This document shows positions 53,060 through 63,280 of a DNA stretch of 64,000 nt, piece by piece. Numbering within the stretch: position 1 is the first letter of the stretch; the number at the start of each line of letters is the position of its first letter. The DNA is from an uncultured Chitinophagaceae bacterium (GTDB taxonomy: Bacteria > Bacteroidota > Ignavibacteria > UBA10030 > UBA8401). A program made the translations under genes and the position numbers. The notes beneath the pieces are model-generated. The model ran no database searches. It worked only from the letters and a program-made list of their open reading frames with translations, and had not been told where the DNA came from. Location: assembly GCA_964642725.1 (NCBI GenBank), contig CAZXQG010000005.1, forward strand, positions 16,597 through 80,596. Reading direction: 5' to 3'.

Positions 53060-54496
53060 TCAAAGTTCGCCAATGTTGAGTTCTTGAAGAGCTTTTCGCA
53101 TGATGGTGAATCCCTCTTCCAGCTCGCCGCGTTGAATTGTCAACGGCGGCCTGAAGCGAATGGAACGGTCACCGCATCCAATGATGATCAAGCCTTCTTC
53201 GTACGCTTTCTGGCGCAGCTGATCCCGGTTTTGCGCCGAGTCCATGTCGATAGCGCACATCATTCCACGCCCGCGCACATTGGAAACTAACGACGGAAAC
53301 TCGGCTCCCATCGCATTCAACTCTTGCAGCATGAATTCTCCTTGCACGTGTGCGTTTTCTACCAAGCGTTCTTCCTCAATGATCTCCATTATTCTCGTGA
53401 AACGCACCATGTCAACTAAATTGCCGCCGAATGTCGAGTTGAGTCGGCTCGGCTTGTGAAACACATTGTCAAGAACATCATCAATACGCGTGCTGCTCAT
53501 AAAGCCGCATACATGAGTCTTCTTGCCAAACGCCATCAAATCCGGTTTCACAAAATATTCATGAGCCCACATTTTTCCCGTAAGCCCGATTCCTGTCTGG
53601 ACTTCATCAAAGATAAGAAGGATTTCATTCTCATCACAGATCTGACGAAGCTTCACCAGAAATTCCTTCCGGAAATGATTATCGCCTCCCTCGGCTTGGA
53701 TTGGTTCGATAATGATTGCCGCAATGTCGTCCGGATTGTTAATGATCGCTTCTTTGATTTGACGGACGGCAGCCTCTTCATCATCCATTACTTCTTTTAA
53801 ATGAACGCCATTGAGCGGGAACGTAATGGCGGGATTTAAGATTCGGGGCCATTTGAATTTGGGGAAATAATTCGTTTTCGTCGGATCTGTGTTGGTAAGC
53901 GATAATGTGTAGCCGCTGCGTCCGTGAAACGCTCGGCGAAAATGAATGATCTGCCTTCCCCTCTCTTCTGTATAGCCTTTGATAAAATTCTTACGAACCT
54001 TCCAATCGAACGCTGTCTTCAATGCGTTCTCAACTGCCAGCGCGCCGCCGTCGACAAAAAAAGCGTAGGGCAAATACTCCGGTTGTACGATGCGCGAAAA
54101 GGTCTCGACAAACTCGGCCATTTCCACGCTGTAAACATCGGAATTAGAAGGCTTGTTGACCGCTACTGCTGCGAGCTTCTCAAGAAACTCCCGTTCCGTC
54201 ATCTTCGGATGATTCATTCCAACCGCGGAGGAACCGAAGAAGGAGAAAAAATCGAGATATCGTTTGTTGAAGCGCGAATCGTACAAATAACAACCTTGAC
54301 TCTTCTTCAGATCGACAACCAGGTCGAATCCGTCAACAAGCATATGATGCGAAAGCGTGAGATGGACGTCTGTCGACGGGACGGTAATTGGAGTTTTCGT
54401 GGTAGGCTTGCTCAGTGGTTTCTTTTGACGGCTGTCGCCGCCGTTATTTTTTGTTCCACCATCGTCGCTCGCCTTTTTGACGGCTGATTCTGACAT
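53060..54496 (-). CDS. lat: Class-III PLP aminotransferase, L-lysine 6-aminotransferase (LAT)-like
   Basis: Blocks NKPSNSDVYS, FVDGGALAVENALK, FHGRSGYTLSLTNT, EPIQAEGGDNHFR, FDEVQTGIGLTG, AFGKKT (Schiff-base Lys), PSRLNSTFGGNL, IRFRPPLT, matching LAT as recalled from memory. Start at MSESAVKK, which has a GAGGTG SD 4 nt upstream. Confidence 0.65.
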   Translation of the reverse strand: MSESAVKKASDDGGTKNNGGDSRQKKPLSKPTTKTPITVPSTDVHLTLSHHMLVDGFDLVVDLKKSQGCYLYDSRFNKRYLDFFSFFGSSAVGMNHPKMTEREFLEKLAAVAVNKPSNSDVYSVEMAEFVETFSRIVQPEYLPYAFFVDGGALAVENALKTAFDWKVRKNFIKGYTEERGRQIIHFRRAFHGRSGYTLSLTNTDPTKTNYFPKFKWPRILNPAITFPLNGVHLKEVMDDEEAAVRQIKEAIINNPDDIAAIIIEPIQAEGGDNHFRKEFLVKLRQICDENEILLIFDEVQTGIGLTGKMWAHEYFVKPDLMAFGKKTHVCGFMSSTRIDDVLDNVFHKPSRLNSTFGGNLVDMVRFTRIMEIIEEERLVENAHVQGEFMLQELNAMGAEFPSLVSNVRGRGMMCAIDMDSAQNRDQLRQKAYEEGLIIIGCGDRSIRFRPPLTIQRGELEEGFTIMRKALQELNIGEL

Positions 54497-54790
54497 GTTA
54501 CACCTCAAGTTTTTTTTCGGTTCGATGAAAGAGTGGTGCCGTACCTCAGCCACCGTACCTCAGAAAAACTCCTGATGCTCGAATAACGAAACGAAATACA
54601 GGTGAAACATGCTTGTCATTCAAATACTGTTACAATTGAAAACTTTTCTTGCCTACCGTCAAGTCGCCGAATGCCAAAGGTATTGTGTTGGTCTTTATCG
54701 CCATCACTTATTGGCGCACTTGGCCTCTCGTGCCGAAGGCATCACTTCGTGAGCGGTGAAAGATACAATATCAATTATTTGGAGTTGACT

Positions 54791-56278
54791 CTAGTAATTG
54801 TCTATTTGTGCCCGTTGCAACGTGCCGCTGTAATCAACATAGACAGCTTTCCATTCCGTGAAGAAATCGTAGACAGTCCAGCCACCTTCACGATGGCCGT
54901 TGCCGGTTTGTTTCACACCTCCGAATGGCAGATGCGCCTCTGCTCCAATTGTAGGAACATTGACGTATGTGATACCGGCTTTGATATCCCGTACCGCGAT
55001 GAAGGCTTTATTGACGTCGCGAGTGTAGATCGACGACGAAAGGCCGTATACAGTGTTGTTGAGAATCGAGATGCTCTCATCCAATGACTTCGAACGAATC
55101 ACTGACAACACCGGTCCAAAAATCTCTTCTTTCGCTATCCGCATTTCCGGAGTGACATCGGTAAAAATCGTCGGCTCGTGAAACCACCCTTTGCTCAGTC
55201 CGTCTCCTTTTGCTATCGAACCGCCGGCTGTGAGCCTTGCTCCTTCTGCCTGTCCTACCTCAACATACTCATGCACATTCTCACGTTGTTTTTCGTTCAC
55301 ACACGGACCAACGTCGGTTGTGGGCAACAACCCGTCGCCAAGCCGCAATTTCTTCGTTCGCTCAAGGAGCATGGACATGAATTTATCGTAAATCTTTTCA
55401 TGCAGGATGAGCCGGCTTGTGGCAGTGCACCGCTGACCAGTAGTTCCGAACGCGCCCCACAATACGCCATCCAATGCAAGGTCGAGGTCGGCATCGTCCA
55501 TCACGATTTGCGCATTTTTTCCCCCGAGCTCAAGCGAGACACGCTTGAGCGTTTCAGTCGCGTCCTTTTGAATTTGTTTTCCCACGACAGTCGAGCCGGT
55601 GAAAGAAATCAAATCAATATCGGGGTGGGATGTAATTGCGCTGCCGACTTCACTTCCTGCCCCGTGAACAATGTTGACCACGCCTTCCGGGATACCGGCA
55701 TCCATCATAATCTCAACCAATGTGGCAGCGGTTTTCGGCGTGTCTGTCGCCGGTTTAAAAACGACGGTATTGCCGGAAAGAACGGCGGGAAAAATCTTCC
55801 ATGTTGGAATCGCCATCGGAAAATTCCAGGGAGTGATAATGCCTGCAACTCCGATCGGAACACGGATTGCCATTGCAAATTTGTTTGGAAGCTCCGACGG
55901 AACGGTGTGGCCGAACAACCGCCGTCCTTCCGACGAAGCATAGTACGCAGTATCAATCCCCTCCTGCACATCGCCGCGAGTTTCCGCGATGACTTTTCCC
56001 ATTTCCCGCGTCATTTCCCGCGCCAGTTCCTCTTTGCGGGCAACCATGATGTCCCCGATCTTCCGCAGAATGTCGCCGCGCTTCGGAGCGGGAACAAGCC
56101 GCCATTTCTCAAAAGCCGCGCGCGCAGCCTTCACCGCTTCGTCAACATCCTCTTTGCCCGACTTCGGAAAAACGCCGATCAATTCATCCCAATTCGCGGG
56201 GTTACGATTCTCGAAAGTCCTCCCCGATTTCGCGTCAACCCGCTTTCCGTTGATAAGGTTTTGAAATTTCTGTGACAT
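54791..56278 (-). CDS. NAD(P)+ aldehyde dehydrogenase, probably alpha-aminoadipic semialdehyde/piperideine-6-carboxylate dehydrogenase
   Basis: ALDH signatures ELGGKNA and catalytic Cys GQRCTA; functional call from linkage to lat. Confidence 0.6.
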   Translation of the reverse strand: MSQKFQNLINGKRVDAKSGRTFENRNPANWDELIGVFPKSGKEDVDEAVKAARAAFEKWRLVPAPKRGDILRKIGDIMVARKEELAREMTREMGKVIAETRGDVQEGIDTAYYASSEGRRLFGHTVPSELPNKFAMAIRVPIGVAGIITPWNFPMAIPTWKIFPAVLSGNTVVFKPATDTPKTAATLVEIMMDAGIPEGVVNIVHGAGSEVGSAITSHPDIDLISFTGSTVVGKQIQKDATETLKRVSLELGGKNAQIVMDDADLDLALDGVLWGAFGTTGQRCTATSRLILHEKIYDKFMSMLLERTKKLRLGDGLLPTTDVGPCVNEKQRENVHEYVEVGQAEGARLTAGGSIAKGDGLSKGWFHEPTIFTDVTPEMRIAKEEIFGPVLSVIRSKSLDESISILNNTVYGLSSSIYTRDVNKAFIAVRDIKAGITYVNVPTIGAEAHLPFGGVKQTGNGHREGGWTVYDFFTEWKAVYVDYSGTLQRAQIDNY

Positions 56279-56327
56279 GAATACTCCAATGTGCGGCGTC
56301 AGCGTGAGATTCTATTTTCGCGTATAC

Positions 56328-57626
56328 TTATTTCCCTAAACCGACTCTCTCAAATATATAATCGACATGGCGCAGGCTTTTCGAGGGATCGAACGCCTCG
56401 TCCAGATCCTCACCGGAGAGCAGTGCTGTTACTTCCGCATCTCCTTCCAGCACTTCCTTAAAATTCTTTTTTGACTGCCAGACATCCATGGCATTTTTTT
56501 GGACAATGCGGTAAGCATCTTCCCGCTTCATTCCTTTTGTCGTCAAGGCGAGCAAAACGGGCTGCGAAAAAACCAGGCCGTGAGTGAGCTCGATATTCAC
56601 TCTCATATTTTGAGGATACACGAGGAGCTTATCAATAACATTCGTCGTCAGAGCAATCATGTAATCGAGGAGGATGCAGCTGTCGGGGACGACAATTCGT
56701 TCGACGGATGAATGTGTGATATCCCGCTCGTGCCAGAGGGCGACATTCTCAAGCGCTGCCTGTGCATTCCCCCGAAGAACACGCGACAGGCCAGCGATTC
56801 GCTCGCAGGTAATCGGGTTGCGTTTGTGCGGCATCGCTGAGGAGCCTTTTTGTCCTTTCGAAAAATACTCTTCGGCTTCCAACACTTCCGTTTTTTGGAG
56901 ATGACGGATTTCAGTCGCGAATTTTTCCAGTGAGCTGCCGACCACCGCAAGAGTCGCCATAAATTCGGCATGACGGTCGCGCTGAAGAATTTGTGTCGAT
57001 ACCGGCGCCGGTTTAAGACCCAGTTTTGCACAAACGTATTCTTCAACGCTGGGGCTCAAATGCTCGAACGTTCCGACTGCCCCTGAAATCTGCCCAACGG
57101 AAATCGTCTCAATGGCGTGCAGAAGGCGCTGAATGTTCCGCCGCGTCTCATCGAACCAGAGCGCCAACTTCAGTCCAAATGTGGTCGGTTCGGCATGGAT
57201 GCCGTGCGACCGTCCGATCATTACCGTTGTCTTAAATTCTTTGGCGCGGCGGGCAAGAACATCACGTAATTCTTCCAATCCTTTCAGCAGAAGCTCGCCC
57301 GATTGCTTCATCTGCACCGCCAACGCAGTGTCGAGTACGTCAGACGATGTCATTCCAAGATGGATGTAGCGCGATTCCGGACCGACGTATTCGCCGACGT
57401 TCGTCAAGAAAGCGATGACGTCATGTTTCACTTCCTGTTCAATCTCGTCGATCCGCGCTATATCGAACTTTGCTTTCTCACGAATAACCGCTACCGCATC
57501 TTTCGGGATGACGCCCAACTCAGCCTGCGCTTCGCATGCAAGGATTTCTATTCGCAGCCAAATGGAGAATTTGTTTTGATCATTCCATATTTTGCCCATC
57601 ACCGGGCGGGTATATCGTGCAATCAT
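56328..57626 (-). CDS. purB: Adenylosuccinate lyase
   Basis: Fumarate-lyase signature SSAMPHKRNP. Confidence 0.9.
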   Translation of the reverse strand: MIARYTRPVMGKIWNDQNKFSIWLRIEILACEAQAELGVIPKDAVAVIREKAKFDIARIDEIEQEVKHDVIAFLTNVGEYVGPESRYIHLGMTSSDVLDTALAVQMKQSGELLLKGLEELRDVLARRAKEFKTTVMIGRSHGIHAEPTTFGLKLALWFDETRRNIQRLLHAIETISVGQISGAVGTFEHLSPSVEEYVCAKLGLKPAPVSTQILQRDRHAEFMATLAVVGSSLEKFATEIRHLQKTEVLEAEEYFSKGQKGSSAMPHKRNPITCERIAGLSRVLRGNAQAALENVALWHERDITHSSVERIVVPDSCILLDYMIALTTNVIDKLLVYPQNMRVNIELTHGLVFSQPVLLALTTKGMKREDAYRIVQKNAMDVWQSKKNFKEVLEGDAEVTALLSGEDLDEAFDPSKSLRHVDYIFERVGLGK

Positions 57627-57640
57627 TTGCTATCAGAGCC

Positions 57641-58831
57641 TTATGTTCGTTTCTCGAGTGTCAGATTAACTTTGAATGTCCTTTTATCACGGTAGACTGT
57701 TAAATTGAGGATATCGCCTGCTTTTGCATCGTTAATGATTGCGATAATCGTTTCTTCGGTTTGAATTTTTTCGCCGTTGATTTCCAGGATAATGTCGCCG
57801 ACCTTTAAGTCCGCCTTCTCTGCGGGACTGCTTTTCTTGATGTCGCTGATGATAACCCCCTCGGCATTTTTTAGACCAAAATACTTCGCGATGCGCTGGT
57901 CGACAATATTCACTTCCATTCCCGTCCAGAAGTTGCGTTCGACTTTCCCTTTTTTCTGAAGTTCATCCACGATCGACTTCACCCGGTTGATCGGAATGGC
58001 AAAGCCGTAGCCGATATACGCCTGGCTCACACCGGCAGTGTAAATGAGCGTGTTGATCCCGATAACCTCTCCCGCGCTATTGACAAGCGGCCCGCCGCTA
58101 TTCCCAGCATTGATCACCGCATCGGTCTGTATCAGGCCGCGGTATGAGCGATTCTCGTCGACATTCAGGTTCATTCCCTTGGCGCTGACAACGCCAACGG
58201 TAACAATCGGCTTGTCGATATTCTCAAATAGTCCGAACGGGTTGCCGAACGTGATCACCCATTCGCCGATGATAACATCGTCGGAATTCCCGAGCTTGAC
58301 ATACGGAAAGTCTTTCCCTTTGATCTTAAGCAACGCAACGTCCGAAACCATGTCCGTGCCGACAAGGTCAGCCGGAAATTTTTCTCCGTTCGTCATCGTT
58401 ACGATAATTTCTTTTGCATTCCCGGCCACGTGGTCGTTCGTAAGGATGTATCCTTCAGGTGAGATGATGAATCCGGACCCTAAACCTTTTACTTCCTGCT
58501 TTAGACTCCTATTGCCAAAAAACTGACGGAAGAACGGGTCATCCCCGAAAAAATTTGAAAACGGATCCCGATATTCCCTCACCTCGGTTACGGTAATGCC
58601 GACGATCGCCGGGCTCACGCTCTCCACCGTCGCCGTAATAGCATTCTTCCTCGATTTCGAAATATCGTCGTCCGAATTTTTCTGCTGTTCCTGGGAAGTA
58701 AACAACGAGCTTTGCAGCTGTGAGCCCGTCGTACCGGCATTCGACGCATTGCTTCTCGGTGCGAGAGAATATCCGAGTACGCCGCCGGCACCAATGCAGA
58801 CGATAAATAACAAAAGCGCCTTTCGTGACAT
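57641..58831 (-). CDS. htrA: HtrA/DegP-family serine endoprotease with one PDZ domain
   Basis: Catalytic triad context (TNDHV, D, GNSGGPL); C-terminal PDZ. Confidence 0.85.
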   Translation of the reverse strand: MSRKALLLFIVCIGAGGVLGYSLAPRSNASNAGTTGSQLQSSLFTSQEQQKNSDDDISKSRKNAITATVESVSPAIVGITVTEVREYRDPFSNFFGDDPFFRQFFGNRSLKQEVKGLGSGFIISPEGYILTNDHVAGNAKEIIVTMTNGEKFPADLVGTDMVSDVALLKIKGKDFPYVKLGNSDDVIIGEWVITFGNPFGLFENIDKPIVTVGVVSAKGMNLNVDENRSYRGLIQTDAVINAGNSGGPLVNSAGEVIGINTLIYTAGVSQAYIGYGFAIPINRVKSIVDELQKKGKVERNFWTGMEVNIVDQRIAKYFGLKNAEGVIISDIKKSSPAEKADLKVGDIILEINGEKIQTEETIIAIINDAKAGDILNLTVYRDKRTFKVNLTLEKRT

Positions 58832-58832
58832 T

Positions 58833-59456
58833 TTATTTCCCGTTTCTTGTTCGTGATAAAATCAAATCCCGGAGGGGTCCGATATGCCGGATGAACAGAA
58901 CTGCAGACATCACGGAATAGGCCAAAAGAATCTCAGCGTCTGAAAAAGCTGCAATCGTGAACTTCACAATGAATTCGTTCGGCAAAATGAAACCCATCAT
59001 TGGCGACCCAATGATCGCAACAACGTTTCCGACATGGACATTCTTCGAAAAAGAATATCCTACAACCCAACAAAGAAGCCACATTGCGACGAAAATCCAG
59101 CTTACCATCAGCATTGCCCCAGCGGCGGGGGCCAACCCTCGCCCCCCCTTAAACTTCAGCCACACGGGATAACAATGCCCCACGACAATACCAAGGAGAG
59201 CCGTAAAAAGAGGCGCCGTCGTTGAACCAAAAAATAGAGATGTAAGGAAGATTGCGAATGCGCCTTTTAACACATCGATAACAAGCACAAAAAGACCGAC
59301 AAACCGTTCACCAGTCACTTCGTATGCATTGAGCGTCCCAACGTTGCCGCTGCCTGCGGTCCGAATATCGAAATGTGCTCTTCGTTTGACAACAATGTAG
59401 GCAGTAGGCAGGGAACCGATGAGATAACTAAGGACAAAAGCTTCCAGGATTAGCAA
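58833..59456 (-). CDS. plsY: Glycerol-3-phosphate acyltransferase PlsY
   Basis: SGNVGTLNA and FKGGRG motifs. Confidence 0.85.
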   Translation of the reverse strand: MLILEAFVLSYLIGSLPTAYIVVKRRAHFDIRTAGSGNVGTLNAYEVTGERFVGLFVLVIDVLKGAFAIFLTSLFFGSTTAPLFTALLGIVVGHCYPVWLKFKGGRGLAPAAGAMLMVSWIFVAMWLLCWVVGYSFSKNVHVGNVVAIIGSPMMGFILPNEFIVKFTIAAFSDAEILLAYSVMSAVLFIRHIGPLRDLILSRTRNGK

Positions 59457-59637
59457 AAAATTGCTGCCGCACTATTGAGTGTTTAATGTTTGCGAAAGCA
59501 AAGTAGCAAAAAATCGTCCGATAGTCAAGGTAAGCAGCGGGACATTTCCGTATAACTTGAAGTCAACACAGCAGTTGTACCGGCCTTCCTTGATTCTTCA
59601 AGCTGAAACGAGTATATTCGATAAGAAAAAAAATCAA

Positions 59638-60387
59638 ATGGACCAGACCTACCTTAAGAAACTTTTAGCCGACCTGAAACGCGGACGGATTTCGGAACAG
59701 AAGGCACTTTCTTCGATCCAAAATTTTTCTTATGAATCGCTCGGCTTTGCGACGATCGACCATCATCGTCAATTCCGTCAAGGTTTTCCCGAAGTTATTT
59801 TATGCGAGGGAAAAACTCCGCAGCAGATTTCGATCATCGCAAAAAAAATCGCAGAACGCGGCAGCGTTCTGCTGGCAACCCGGGCGAGCCGAAAGGACTT
59901 TGCCGCCGTGCGAAAAACTGTGAAGAACGCTCATTACATGTCCGATGCGCGAACGATTACGGCGAACGAGCCATTGCCGGCCGATTCGAAAAAGAAACTT
60001 ATTCTTGTGGTCACAGCAGGAACTTCGGATATCCCCGTTGCAGAAGAAGCTGTTGTCACGGCAAAGATGATGAAGCAAAATGTAGAAACAATGTACGACG
60101 TGGGAGTCGCCGGTATTCACCGCCTGTTGAACCAAAGCGACAAACTCCATAAAGCAAGCGTCATCATTGTTGTGGCAGGAATGGACGGCGCCCTCGCAAG
60201 CGTCGTCGGCGGCCTCGTGCGCGTCCCAGTTATCGCTGTTCCTACCTCGACAGGGTACGGCGCATCATTCGGCGGCATTGCACCGCTGCTGACTATGTTG
60301 AATTCATGCGCTGCAGGGGTCACCGTAGTGAACATCGATAATGGATTCGGCGCCGCCTTTGCGGCTTGTCTCATAACAAAGTTGTAG
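59638..60387 (+). CDS. larB: LarB-like protein (PurE/AIR-carboxylase-related; nickel-pincer cofactor P2CMN synthase family)
   Basis: N-terminal LarB-specific domain plus a C-terminal PurE-like fold (LILVVTAGTSD…VIIVVAGMDGAL…VPTSTGYG). Start at MDQTYLKK. Confidence 0.6.
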   Translation: MDQTYLKKLLADLKRGRISEQKALSSIQNFSYESLGFATIDHHRQFRQGFPEVILCEGKTPQQISIIAKKIAERGSVLLATRASRKDFAAVRKTVKNAHYMSDARTITANEPLPADSKKKLILVVTAGTSDIPVAEEAVVTAKMMKQNVETMYDVGVAGIHRLLNQSDKLHKASVIIVVAGMDGALASVVGGLVRVPVIAVPTSTGYGASFGGIAPLLTMLNSCAAGVTVVNIDNGFGAAFAACLITKL

Positions 60388-60434
60388 GCAAACAATTTTA
60401 TCGGTATTCGGTGTAAGGAAGAAGGAAAACGTTC

Positions 60435-61823
60435 ATGCTCAGCGACTTGAAAAAAATACAATTCAGACAAAACATTTTGGAAACAATCGGGAACACCCCG
60501 CTGGTAAAGCTCAATAGGATTGCGAAAGGGTATAAGCCGCATATCTTTGCTAAGGTGGAAATCTTCAACCCTGGTGGCTCTGTGAAAGACAGGATTGGGG
60601 TGGAAATTATTGAGGATGCGGAGCGGAGCGGACGGCTGAAGCCAGGCGGAACAATCGTCGAATCAACTTCCGGAAACACTGGAATGGGGCTTGCGATTGT
60701 GGCGGCAATCAAAGGCTACAAAACTGTCTTCACAATGCCTGATAAAATGAGCGGCGAGAAAATTCAGCTGCTCCGCGCGTTTGGAGCGGAGGTTATCGTT
60801 ACGCCGACAGCAGTCCCGCACGATTCTCCCGAAAGCTATGCGGAAGTTGCAAAGCGTATCGTCCGCGAAACGCCAAACTCAATTCTCGCCGACCAGCACT
60901 TCAACCCGAAAAACGATGAGTCGCATTACCACACAACGGGTCCGGAAATTTGGGAACAAACCGGCGGCCAAATCGACTACTTTGTGTGCGGCATCGGTAC
61001 GGGGGGAACGATCAGCGGTGCCGGAAAGTTTTTGAAAGAGAAAAATCCCAAGATTAACGTGGTCGGCATTGACCCGAAAGGATCAATCCTTCGCGAGTTT
61101 TTCTACACAAAAGCATTCTCCCCCGTTTTCCGAACATACAAAGTGGAAGGCATCGGACAGGATTATATACCGGGTACGCTCCATTTCGAATACATCGACG
61201 AAGTGATCGAAGTGACCGATAAAGAATCGTTTCTCACGGCGCGAAAGCTTACACGGGATGAAGGTATTTTTGCAGGCGGTTCAAGCGGCGCTGCGGTTGC
61301 AGGAGCATTCAAGCTCGCCGAGCGCCTCTCGGAAAAAGACGTTGTCGTCGTTCTGCTGCCGGACGGCGGTTCCAAGTACCTCAGCAAAATCTACAACGAT
61401 GATTGGATGAAAGAAAACGGTTTCCTCGCCCCCGAACGCATCACACTCCGGTATGTGCTCGAATCAAAATCATCGAAACTTCCGCAGTTGATAACCGTTG
61501 ATGCTTCCTCGACAATTCGCACCGCGCTCGATTTGATAACCGGTAAGAACATTTCCCAGTTGCCGGTCTTCGAAAATAAAAAATGTATCGGGAGCGTTTC
61601 CGAAGGAAATCTCCTTACCATCTTACTGAAAGATTCGTCCAAGTTTGATGCGAAAGTGCAATCAGTGATGGAACCTCCTTTCCCCGAAGTCCACATGAAC
61701 GAAGAAATCAGCCGGGCGGTGGAATACTTTGCAAAAAAAGAGCCCGCAGTCTTAGTGAAGGACGATACCGGCCTCATCGGAATCATTACCCGGTTCGACG
61801 TTTTAGGGTACCTTTCCCGGTAA
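60435..61823 (+). CDS. Cystathionine beta-synthase (PLP fold-II domain plus tandem CBS domains)
   Basis: GNTPLV…NPGGSVKDR…SGNTG blocks; a C-terminal Bateman module of about 130 aa. Confidence 0.8.
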   Translation: MLSDLKKIQFRQNILETIGNTPLVKLNRIAKGYKPHIFAKVEIFNPGGSVKDRIGVEIIEDAERSGRLKPGGTIVESTSGNTGMGLAIVAAIKGYKTVFTMPDKMSGEKIQLLRAFGAEVIVTPTAVPHDSPESYAEVAKRIVRETPNSILADQHFNPKNDESHYHTTGPEIWEQTGGQIDYFVCGIGTGGTISGAGKFLKEKNPKINVVGIDPKGSILREFFYTKAFSPVFRTYKVEGIGQDYIPGTLHFEYIDEVIEVTDKESFLTARKLTRDEGIFAGGSSGAAVAGAFKLAERLSEKDVVVVLLPDGGSKYLSKIYNDDWMKENGFLAPERITLRYVLESKSSKLPQLITVDASSTIRTALDLITGKNISQLPVFENKKCIGSVSEGNLLTILLKDSSKFDAKVQSVMEPPFPEVHMNEEISRAVEYFAKKEPAVLVKDDTGLIGIITRFDVLGYLSR

Positions 61824-61830
61824 CTCGCTT

Positions 61831-62103
61831 ATGCAATGGGAGAAATCAGCAGTTGATAAACTTGATGAATTGGTACAGGTTGTCCGCGACCCGTTTCGCG
61901 AGATCATCAAGAACTCTGCACAGGCGCATGCCGAACGGTACGCGGCGCAGCGGGAGAAACCTCACGTCACGATAAAAGACGCCGTGCTCGGATTTCTTCG
62001 CGCACGTTCTCACAAATTGAACTCGGAGGGCTTGATGCTGCTCAAAGAACACGCGATCGAAGAAAAGGAATTTACCGACTACGAAAACAAGGGAATGATA
62101 TGA
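61831..62103 (+). CDS. Small PCP_red-like (protochlorophyllide-reductase C-terminal-like) domain protein
   Basis: 90 aa. W-x-x-x-A…L…VRDPFRE…AE.YA…ITIKDAV matches the PF08369 pattern as recalled. Its stop overlaps the downstream start (ATGA). Confidence 0.4.
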   Translation: MQWEKSAVDKLDELVQVVRDPFREIIKNSAQAHAERYAAQREKPHVTIKDAVLGFLRARSHKLNSEGLMLLKEHAIEEKEFTDYENKGMI

Positions 62104-63239
62104 AGTTCTCATCAAAGACCGTTCACGCCGGACAACGACCCGACCCGACGACCGGCGCCGTGATGACGCCGGTCTTTCTCACATCGACGTACGTCCAGGA
62201 AGAATTAGGAAAAAATAAGGGGTACGAATATTCCCGCGTTTCAAATCCAACACGGACAGCGCTCGAAATGAACATTGCTTCTCTTGAAAATGCGGGAGAA
62301 GGAATGGCGTTCGCATCCGGGATGGCGGCGATCGATGCTCTCTTCCGACTTCTGTCGCCCGGCGATCATATCATCGTGACAAACAACGTTTACGGCGGAA
62401 CCTACCGCATCGCTAAAATGGTGCTTGAACAATTCGGACTACAGTTCGATTTTATCAACACGACCGACATGAACAGTGTTGTTCGCGCGCGCAAACCGAA
62501 CACAAAAATGATCTTCATCGAAACACCGACAAATCCAACGATGGAAATTGCCGACCTCGGGGCGATCGCAAAATTCGCGCGCACGCATCATCTCATTTCT
62601 ATCGTCGACAATACGTTCGCCACGCCGTATTTGCAGCGGCCCATTGAATTCGGTATCGAGGTCGTCGTTCACAGCGTTACAAAATATTTGAACGGGCACA
62701 GTGACATGCTCGGCGGGATGATTGTTACGAACAACATCGGCATCGCCGAGAAGCTTCGCTTCTGTCAAAAAGCCGTCGGGGGAATTATGAGCCCCTTTGA
62801 TGCATGGCTTTGTTTGCGCGGAACAAAAACGCTGGCGGTACGAATGAAGCAGCACTGTGAAAACGCGACGATTATTGCCGAATGGCTGGCGGCGCAGAAA
62901 AAAATCCTGAAGGTAAACTACCCCGGTTTACGAAGCCATCCTCAGTATGCGCTCGCCAGAAGGCAGATGAGCGGGTTTGGCGGAATGATTTCGTTTGACG
63001 TCGGAAGCCTGAACAATGCCAAACGATTTTTGAAACGAGTCCGCCTTTGCGCGCTCGCCGAAAGCCTGGGAGGCGTCGAGACACTCATTTCCCATCCTGC
63101 GACAATGACGCACGCTTCAGTTCCGAAACCAGATCGAATCAAAAACGGCGTCACTGACGGGTTGGTTCGAATTTCGGTTGGAATCGAAGATGTAGAAGAT
63201 TTGATCGACGATTTAAAGAATGCGCTGAAGGGAATCTAA
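62100..63239 (+). CDS. Cystathionine gamma-lyase/gamma-synthase family PLP enzyme
   Basis: Cys/Met-metabolism PLP family blocks; Schiff-base Lys in SVTKYLNGHSD. Confidence 0.85.
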   Translation: MKFSSKTVHAGQRPDPTTGAVMTPVFLTSTYVQEELGKNKGYEYSRVSNPTRTALEMNIASLENAGEGMAFASGMAAIDALFRLLSPGDHIIVTNNVYGGTYRIAKMVLEQFGLQFDFINTTDMNSVVRARKPNTKMIFIETPTNPTMEIADLGAIAKFARTHHLISIVDNTFATPYLQRPIEFGIEVVVHSVTKYLNGHSDMLGGMIVTNNIGIAEKLRFCQKAVGGIMSPFDAWLCLRGTKTLAVRMKQHCENATIIAEWLAAQKKILKVNYPGLRSHPQYALARRQMSGFGGMISFDVGSLNNAKRFLKRVRLCALAESLGGVETLISHPATMTHASVPKPDRIKNGVTDGLVRISVGIEDVEDLIDDLKNALKGI

Positions 63240-63280
63240 AGAATAGTTATGCCATGAACCTAGAGCCATGGCATGACTTG

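Noticed and set aside
54497-54790. Possible lysine riboswitch upstream of lat
   Set aside because: Could not recognise the L-box conserved core by eye; the region has only short generic hairpins. Left as a check item within the lat/ALDH finding.
54602-55087. 161-aa plus-strand ORF spanning the lat-ALDH spacer and the ALDH 3' end
   Set aside because: Cys-rich and featureless; overlaps the ALDH coding region antisense.
55178-56275. 365-aa ORF antisense to the aldehyde dehydrogenase gene
   Set aside because: Fully embedded opposite a strongly conserved ALDH gene. No recognisable motifs, and GC-rich antisense frames are commonly open.
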